A stretch of 64,000 nucleotides of DNA from Phycisphaerales bacterium (GTDB lineage: Bacteria; Planctomycetota; Phycisphaerae; Phycisphaerales; SM1A02). Numbering within the stretch: position 1 is the stretch's first letter; each line of letters starts with the position of its first letter. The stretch is from contig JASMKH010000011.1 of assembly GCA_030749435.1 (NCBI GenBank), positions 3,325-67,324 of the forward strand. The letters are read 5' to 3'. Positions 37,137 to 43,450 of the stretch are shown here, one piece after another. Both the position numbers and the translations under genes were made by a program. The notes beneath the pieces were generated by a model that did not search any database, was not told the DNA's origin, and saw only the letters and a program-made list of their open reading frames with translations.

Positions 37137-37909
37137 GGCTCCGACCTTCGGCCGGGGAACTGGCCCGTCGTGCTTGAGTCTTCGGAGATGAGGTCGATGC
37201 CGACGGCGACATCCGAGAACCGCGGGTCCCGGTCGATCTTCCGCATGATCGCCTGCCATGCGGCGAAGCCCGACGGTTTGATGCTGAGAAGCAGGTGCGT
37301 GGGCCTGGACGTCGAGGCGGTGAGCCACGCCTCGAGCGCGGCTGTCGCGATCTGCTCGGGTGTTCCGGTTCGCATCCGCGGGGCGATCCGCGGGTCGGTC
37401 CTCGAGAGCACGACGCGACCACCCATCAACTCCGTGACGAGCGCGTCGCTGTCGTCGTCTGCGACGAGGTAGGAGATCTGCCGCCGACGTTTGATTGCTT
37501 CAAGTTCACCTTGAAGCTGGCCCTCTCGGGTCGCCAGCCTGTCCAACTCGGCGAGGTCTCCGCGTCGCAGCGAGTTCGCGGCCTGCGTCTGCAGGGACTC
37601 CAGTTCCCATCGCCGCGACTCGACCAGCCCAGCTTCCAACTCCAGTGCGGCCTGGAGTTGCTCGAGTTCCGCCAGAATCACATCCCGGCCGGGCCGCGCC
37701 TGGAGTTCTTCGAGCCGGGCGCGGAGTGACTCGACCGCTTCCTCCGAGTCCTCGGAGTACACGGCGGCGACCGCCTGTGAAGTGCGTTTGCCAATGCTCA
37801 GCAGCAGCACGAGCGTGATGATCAGCACGACCCCGATCGTTCCGATCATGACGTCCTGAAACGAGAAGAAACTGATCGGCGCCGCGCGACCCGCCCGCCG
37901 CCGGCTCAT
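37133..37909 (-). CDS. ExbD/TolR-topology protein with long coiled coil (locus gene E)
   Basis: ATG 37909 overlaps the gene F TGA (ATGA). ISFFSFQDVMIGTIGVVLIITLVLLL resembles the ExbD 'IDVMLVLLIIF' segment, with Asp19 at 37853-55. An E/L/Q/R-rich coiled coil follows. Confidence 0.8.
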   Translation of the reverse strand: MSRRRAGRAAPISFFSFQDVMIGTIGVVLIITLVLLLSIGKRTSQAVAAVYSEDSEEAVESLRARLEELQARPGRDVILAELEQLQAALELEAGLVESRRWELESLQTQAANSLRRGDLAELDRLATREGQLQGELEAIKRRRQISYLVADDDSDALVTELMGGRVVLSRTDPRIAPRMRTGTPEQIATAALEAWLTASTSRPTHLLLSIKPSGFAAWQAIMRKIDRDPRFSDVAVGIDLISEDSSTTGQFPGRRSEP

Positions 37910-38796
37910 GCCGGTTCGTCCGGGGCCACCCTGACATGCGCCGTGATGTTGCGAGCGGCGTACTGCCGGCAGTCGTCGAGGAGCCGTTCGTCGCTCCGCC
38001 GTACGAATGTCAGGCTCAAGTGCAGCAGCAGGGCGGCAATGAGCCCCTCGCCGGTCGTGACAAAGGCCGTGTCGAGCCCGGCGATGACGTCAGTGAGCCG
38101 GTCGGTCAACCCGCCCATCGTGGCGTCACTTGACTCGAGCACGCCTCCGAACCCGGAGATGGCCTCGGTCAGACCGATGATGGTTCCGATGAATCCGAGG
38201 ACCGGGATGGCCCAGATGAGCCCACGGACGACCGTGTAGCCGCTGTCCATGGCATCCTCATCGGCTTCGGCCGCCGACTTGAGCATTTCATCCAGATCGG
38301 CGATTCGCCCAATGTTGCGGATCGACTTGAGCGCAATCACGACGCGGTCGAGCAGCAGAAAGCGATGCGGTTCGTCGACACCATGTTCGATCGAGTCAAT
38401 CACCCGGTCCACGGTCCGTACCGAGAGCGTGAAGCCAGCGTCAGAGGGCACAAACCGAAGCCGAAGTGCGGCCCGCTGCGCCGCAACCTTGCCAGCCTTG
38501 AGCAGCAGGATGGCAGCTGCCCAGCACGAGAGCAGCATGATGGGAATGGGGATGCCTGAGAATCCGGTGAGGTACTCCCAGACGACCGCGCCCCATCCCG
38601 TCCCCCGCACTGCCCAGGCGGTGGCATAGACCACGCCCATGAATGCAAGTCCGACAACCATCGAGGCACTTGAAGATGGCGTTGTGAAGCGCCCGGAGGG
38701 CAGGCCGAGTCGCCTCTCGGGATCGAGCGAGGCGTACGAAAGAACTCGAATGGGCTGCTGGTCCCAGGCCGCCGGCGGTGGTGCTGATCCCGTCAT
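37906..38796 (-). CDS. MotA/TolQ/ExbB-family proton-channel protein (locus gene F)
   Basis: ATG 38796 overlaps the gene G TGA (ATGA). Three TM helices. C-terminal signature WAIPVLGFIGTIIGL...GLDTAFVTTGEGLIAALLL. Confidence 0.85.
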   Translation of the reverse strand: MTGSAPPPAAWDQQPIRVLSYASLDPERRLGLPSGRFTTPSSSASMVVGLAFMGVVYATAWAVRGTGWGAVVWEYLTGFSGIPIPIMLLSCWAAAILLLKAGKVAAQRAALRLRFVPSDAGFTLSVRTVDRVIDSIEHGVDEPHRFLLLDRVVIALKSIRNIGRIADLDEMLKSAAEADEDAMDSGYTVVRGLIWAIPVLGFIGTIIGLTEAISGFGGVLESSDATMGGLTDRLTDVIAGLDTAFVTTGEGLIAALLLHLSLTFVRRSDERLLDDCRQYAARNITAHVRVAPDEPA

Positions 38797-41642
38797 GGCG
38801 CTACGAAGATAATCGCTGGAGCATGGGGCATGTTGCCAGGCCATGGCATTGACCCTGAGGCGTCGGAGGTATCGATGCGATGGAATCGCCAGCCCAGCGG
38901 TGCTCGCAGCAACACTTCGGCGGGCTGGTCGGCTCCGTCAGGCATGTCCATGGCTGCAACGTGCGGATTCTCGGAGTCCGGTCGAAGCAGGCCGCCGATG
39001 ATGCGAGGCTTCACGGCCTCGGAGAGTTCAGCCACTTCCCTTCGCCACGCCTGCCGGATCTCGTCGGATGATGGGGCGGCGTGCGGCGCATGCAGCGCCT
39101 GGCGGCGCACTTCATGCTGCGTTGGCGCGGCAGCCTTCGGCGCCAGTTTGACCCAATCGGCGGTGGTGGCACTCGGGGCTGGCGCCGAGAGTGTGTCCAA
39201 CCAATGCGCCCCGGCTTCAGCAATGCCCTCAGGCAAGGGCACGGCCGGGCTGCGCAGTGTGCTCCATACCGTGCGAAGAATGGCGAGCACGAGGAGCGGG
39301 TCCTGCTCATTGCACTGTTCAACAGCCTGCAGCAACGCTGCGGCCGCTTCGGGACTGCGGCTCCCTCTCCACGCTTCCAGCCCGCGGTGCAGGGCGGCGA
39401 CCGCGGGGGGCGGACTCGGTTCGACGCCGGCGAACATCACCCGCTGCGCCTCGTGTGTGAGGGGCTCAAGGTGGGATGCCGGAACTCGAAGATCCTGGCG
39501 GGACTCCAGACGCCGCCAGGAATGACCGGCCCGCTTCAGATAGTGGTACCCCGTTGGAGTCTCGGCGCGGTACAGATCGAGGAGCCCCGAGTCCTCAAGC
39601 GCCGCTTCGAGCGGGTCAAGATGGCGGGCGTCCTGCATGGCCGATGCGATGCGAACAAGCCGCTCGGCGGCGGATCGATACGGCGAGTGCATGCCGTGGG
39701 CGTCCAGATGTGACTGCAGGCTTGTCTTGGCGCCACCCACGAGCGGCAACTGGGGCGGCCCATCGGTGGACCACAATTGGGCCTCGGCGATTCCAGAGAG
39801 GCGCGATCGCCAGTCCTCGACAGCCCTGGCCGCCGAGGCGGCCTCGGCCGCGAGACCCCACTTCGCCCGGTCGCCCGCGTTGATGACGTCCGGATACTCG
39901 GAGATCAGCGTGTCCCACGCGCGAGCCCACATCGACTCGGTCGTCGGAACGTGGCTGAGTACCTTCAGGGCTCGTTGACCCTCCAGGAGGCGGTCGACCC
40001 TGGTCGTGGCGAGTGACCGCAACGTCGTGACGCGATGCTCCAGTGATTCGAGCCGCTGCTGCGTTGTGATCTCATCGGCGGCGGGCCGCAGGCGGATCGC
40101 CGCCAGCAGGCGAGCTGCCTCGCGGGCCTCGGCGAGACGGGCGGTCCAACCAGCCAGATCCCCAGGAAGGGGGTTGGGCTCCTTGAACAGCAACTCGATG
40201 GATGCCAACTCCTCCAGACGGGCGGTTCGCTCCTGTTGCAGCAGGGCCGTGCGGTGTGCCGTGGCCTGCTCGAGGGCCGCGTCGCTGGCCGCGTGCAGCG
40301 GTGGTGGAAGATCCGGCTGCACCCGGCGGAGCAGCGCGATGGCCGACTGGACGGATGCGAGCGAGTCGGCCTCACGCTCCAGCATCGACGTGGCTCGAAG
40401 GAGGGCGTCCTCCGCAGCAGTTCGACGGACGGCAAGGGTCTCGGATGCCCGCCCGATGGCGGCCCGGTGCGAAGCGATCTCAGCGACCTCCGTGAGGTGG
40501 GCTCGCTCGGCCTCAGCCCAGCAGTCCAGCGCCTCCGGGAGCCGGTCGGTCTGCAGCGCCGCAGCCATGCAATCCGAGAGGTACGTAATGGTTCGTGCTC
40601 GCTCAAGGCTCTGATGTCTGACGAATATGATCACCGCCAGTGCCGAGGCCACCGCGACGATGGCCAACGCGCCGACTGTGAATCGGCGGGCGCGGGCTCG
40701 CCGCTCCTCCGCGATTCGGTGGGCCACGCGGGTCTCGACGGTCCGCGGGATGGCAGCCCCGGCCTCGATCGCGGCGGCGTAGCGGCGTTCGATTCCATGC
40801 ACGGGCTCGAGTTCATCCAGCGACCGAACGAGGTCGATCACCAGATTGGCCTTGGCATCGACGCGGTCCCTGCGATCCTGATCGGCCTCGAGCCAACTTA
40901 GAACTCCTCGAATGGCGATGTCGGAGCCGCCACCGGATGCTTCGGCCTGCGTGCGCCACTGCTGCACGAGCTCGGCAGCGGCCCCTGCATCCATGGCGGC
41001 CCACGCCAGATGCAACGCACGTTCGATGGCATCGAGGCGGCTGCCGGCTGCTTGGCGGGCAAGGTCCGCCATCGCATCGTCCAACTGATGCAGGAGGTGC
41101 TGGCCGCTGGCGGTGAGGAACTCCATCCGCTGTGCCTGCCTGGACATTTCGGCAATGGCACGCTCGTCTCCAGACCCAAGGCAACGCTCCACTTCAGTTG
41201 ACCACAGTGCAACGGCCGCCTGTTCCAGCGGCTCGTGCACTCGTTTCCAAAGCGGGTTGTTGGGCTCGAGCAGCCGCAGGGCCCGTGCGGCAGCGAGACG
41301 CGCTGGGAGCGGCCGATCTTCCAGATTGGCCAGCGTCCACTGATCGACCTCGTCGCGGTGCAGCTGCCCGGTTGCGGGGATTCTGGCCAGCGCTTCGAGA
41401 GAAGGGGTGGCAGGGAGTCTCAAGCCGGACGGAAGTGGCTGCCCCGACTCGTGCAGGGTCAGGCACAGCCCAATGATGTTGCCCGCGTCGGCATTGAGCG
41501 CCGCTGCTGCGATGGCGTCCCCGCGAACCGCCCATGTGGCGCACCATGCGAGCGATCGGGAGACAGCCTCGGCTGCGGCCCGCAGCGTCACTTCGTCATC
41601 GGGCTGGCGCATCGCCGCTCGGAGTGTCTCGGCCTGATTCAT
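38793..41642 (-). CDS. 949-aa all-helical bitopic membrane protein (locus gene G)
   Basis: ATG 41642 overlaps the gene H TGA (ATGA). A single TM (FTVGALAIVAVASALAVIIFV, 40618-40680) splits a ~320-aa N-part from a ~600-aa C-part. Both parts are A/L/R/E-rich and helical. No catalytic motif seen. Confidence 0.8.
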   Translation of the reverse strand: MNQAETLRAAMRQPDDEVTLRAAAEAVSRSLAWCATWAVRGDAIAAAALNADAGNIIGLCLTLHESGQPLPSGLRLPATPSLEALARIPATGQLHRDEVDQWTLANLEDRPLPARLAAARALRLLEPNNPLWKRVHEPLEQAAVALWSTEVERCLGSGDERAIAEMSRQAQRMEFLTASGQHLLHQLDDAMADLARQAAGSRLDAIERALHLAWAAMDAGAAAELVQQWRTQAEASGGGSDIAIRGVLSWLEADQDRRDRVDAKANLVIDLVRSLDELEPVHGIERRYAAAIEAGAAIPRTVETRVAHRIAEERRARARRFTVGALAIVAVASALAVIIFVRHQSLERARTITYLSDCMAAALQTDRLPEALDCWAEAERAHLTEVAEIASHRAAIGRASETLAVRRTAAEDALLRATSMLEREADSLASVQSAIALLRRVQPDLPPPLHAASDAALEQATAHRTALLQQERTARLEELASIELLFKEPNPLPGDLAGWTARLAEAREAARLLAAIRLRPAADEITTQQRLESLEHRVTTLRSLATTRVDRLLEGQRALKVLSHVPTTESMWARAWDTLISEYPDVINAGDRAKWGLAAEAASAARAVEDWRSRLSGIAEAQLWSTDGPPQLPLVGGAKTSLQSHLDAHGMHSPYRSAAERLVRIASAMQDARHLDPLEAALEDSGLLDLYRAETPTGYHYLKRAGHSWRRLESRQDLRVPASHLEPLTHEAQRVMFAGVEPSPPPAVAALHRGLEAWRGSRSPEAAAALLQAVEQCNEQDPLLVLAILRTVWSTLRSPAVPLPEGIAEAGAHWLDTLSAPAPSATTADWVKLAPKAAAPTQHEVRRQALHAPHAAPSSDEIRQAWRREVAELSEAVKPRIIGGLLRPDSENPHVAAMDMPDGADQPAEVLLRAPLGWRFHRIDTSDASGSMPWPGNMPHAPAIIFVAP

Positions 41643-42463
41643 GGCTCGATTCCATTCCAGAGAATCAGCGCCAGCACCGCCACCAGGCCGATGATCACCA
41701 TCGGGATGATCCACGCGCGGCGCCGCTCCGGTGGTTCCAGTGAGAGAACCGCCGCCTCACCGGCTTCGGTGGCCGGCGCCTCGCGGGTATCCGCGGGCTC
41801 CGCTTCGGCCAGGTCCAGTACGCTCGCCGCGGCGGTTGGCTGTGACTCGGCCGAAAGGAGTCGCACCAGCACGCCATCGGTGAACGCCGCACCGCCGAGC
41901 AGGAAGGTGAGGTCCCATTGACGCTCGAGTGGAATCGCCTGTTCAAGTTGCCGCAACGCCTCGATCGCGTCGACGTCACGTGGGAGTCGGGCGATGAAGC
42001 CTGTCCCACGCAGCACGAGCGAGGCGAGGTGGTTGGCCCAGCGATCGTCGAGCGGGCCCGCGGGCGGGGCACCGACGCTGGCAGGCAGCCGAGGCATGTC
42101 ATGTCGGTCTGTGCCCGACCGCGAGGTGAGAAACCAGCCACTCTGCAGCAGCGACACCGGTCCGTAGTCGGGACGTTCGCCTGCCGGCAGCACCAGATGG
42201 TGCGCCACCCGACCGGGTCGATCGCCGGCTGCCCCGGGCGTGCGGGAGATTCGGGTCAACACGGAGTGCCAACCGCCCTCGATTCTCAGTGATCGATGGG
42301 CCACCAGCGGCGGCGTGTCGACAGGGGGGCTCATCACAAGCCCGGATCTGGCCTCAAGCGTTGCGGCATCCTCGGCCGAGAGATGCGGGCTCTTCCACAC
42401 CGTCGCAAAGCCGGGGACGCCTGCGGCGGTTTGGGCGGACCAGGTATGAATCAACTCATGCAT
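41639..42463 (-). CDS. Tail-anchored protein with an N-domain paralogous to gene B (GAP1-N-like?) (locus gene H)
   Basis: ATG 42463 overlaps the gene I end by 8 nt (ATGCATGA). MHELIHTWSAQTAAGVPGFATVWKSPHLS ... GDRPGRVAHHLVL. C-terminal TM AWIIPMVIIGLVAVLALILW. Confidence 0.8.
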   Translation of the reverse strand: MHELIHTWSAQTAAGVPGFATVWKSPHLSAEDAATLEARSGLVMSPPVDTPPLVAHRSLRIEGGWHSVLTRISRTPGAAGDRPGRVAHHLVLPAGERPDYGPVSLLQSGWFLTSRSGTDRHDMPRLPASVGAPPAGPLDDRWANHLASLVLRGTGFIARLPRDVDAIEALRQLEQAIPLERQWDLTFLLGGAAFTDGVLVRLLSAESQPTAAASVLDLAEAEPADTREAPATEAGEAAVLSLEPPERRRAWIIPMVIIGLVAVLALILWNGIEP

Positions 42464-43160
42464 GGGCAGCGGTGTCCTCGCGGAGGCCGGTTGCCAGGAG
42501 CAGTGCCGCGGCCATCGCTTCGGGTCCCTCTTCGACTTCGATGGCGCCGGAGTCGAGTGTGCCGCACCGCGCCAACGTCACGCGATTCGTGATCGAGATC
42601 AGCGGCGGTGGCGGCTGGCCCGACGCGGCCAGTTGAAGCGTGGTCGTTCCGGGCCGGGCAGGGGGGGCGTCAGTGCCTGCGCCAGCGAGCACGACCTCGG
42701 GCCCTCGGGGCGTGTCGGTCGTCGTCAGAAACACCGTGCGGTGCGACCCATCCGGAAAGGCAAGCATGCAGGCGGCGATATCAAGATCGGCCGTGGGCTG
42801 CGCGGCTGCAACCTGTGAGAGGATGATCTCCAGCGTGCTCAACCGCTGGCGGGCATGCGCGATCAGTTTGGTGCGGGTTGACGCGGCGTCGTCTCCAGTG
42901 AGTCGCACCAGGCCCGTCGCTGCGCTCGACCAGAGGCACTCGGGCCACGCTCGCCGGCATGCGGGGCAGGCCGGCTGAGGCGACCTGCCACCATCGGGAT
43001 CGACCGGGCAGCCGCCAGCATCGAACCGGGTGGGCATGAATCGCAGTTGCTGGTCCGATCCGAGCACCGGATCTCCGATGAGCGACGCCGAGGTCGCGAT
43101 GAATCGCGAATCGGTCGAGGACCCGCAGAATCCGCACCAGGGGCACGTGAAGTTCCTCAT
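42456..43160 (-). CDS. Cytoplasmic Zn-ribbon protein, possibly a degenerate (P-loop-less) GTPase-like paralogue (locus gene I)
   Basis: Start at ATG 43160; the longer ORF to 43220 would overlap tRNA-Arg. CPWCGFC ... CPAC Cys pairs. GLVRLTGDDAASTRT aligns loosely with the P-loop region of gene A but lacks GK[ST]. Confidence 0.7.
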   Translation of the reverse strand: MRNFTCPWCGFCGSSTDSRFIATSASLIGDPVLGSDQQLRFMPTRFDAGGCPVDPDGGRSPQPACPACRRAWPECLWSSAATGLVRLTGDDAASTRTKLIAHARQRLSTLEIILSQVAAAQPTADLDIAACMLAFPDGSHRTVFLTTTDTPRGPEVVLAGAGTDAPPARPGTTTLQLAASGQPPPPLISITNRVTLARCGTLDSGAIEVEEGPEAMAAALLLATGLREDTAAHA

Positions 43161-43213
43161 GGGCACCAGTCTACGGTGAGGCGCCCGCGGCAGCGCTCTT
43201 GAAGTGACCGCGA

Positions 43214-43287
43214 CGTCCACGGCAGGACTCGAACCTGCAACCTTCGGCTTCGGAGGCCGACGCTCTATCCAATTGAGCTACGTGGAC
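43214..43287 (-). tRNA. tRNA-Arg (anticodon CCG)
   Basis: Hand-folded cloverleaf: acceptor GTCCACG/CGTGGAC, D-arm GCTC..GAGC, anticodon stem TCGGC/GCCGA with loop CTCCGAA, T-arm GCAGG-TTCGAGT-CCTGC, discriminator G. CCA is not encoded. Confidence 0.9.
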
Positions 43288-43450
43288 CGAAGCGAGGAGT
43301 GTACCCGTGGCTCGCCGCAGGAGGGTGCGACGCTTTCGGGCTCGCGGCGGCAATCGCCGAGGCGGGGCACGTCCGGATCGAAGCCCCAAACCACGCTGCG
43401 GTAGTATCTCGCCGGTGACCGATTCGAACCAGCCGGAACAGACTGCAGCG

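Noticed and set aside
30995-43287. Genomic island or prophage at tRNA-Arg.
   Set aside because: There is no integrase, recombinase, transposase or phage gene. There is no direct repeat of the tRNA 3' end that I could find by eye. Codon style looks like the flanks. It is kept only as a minor note in the findings.
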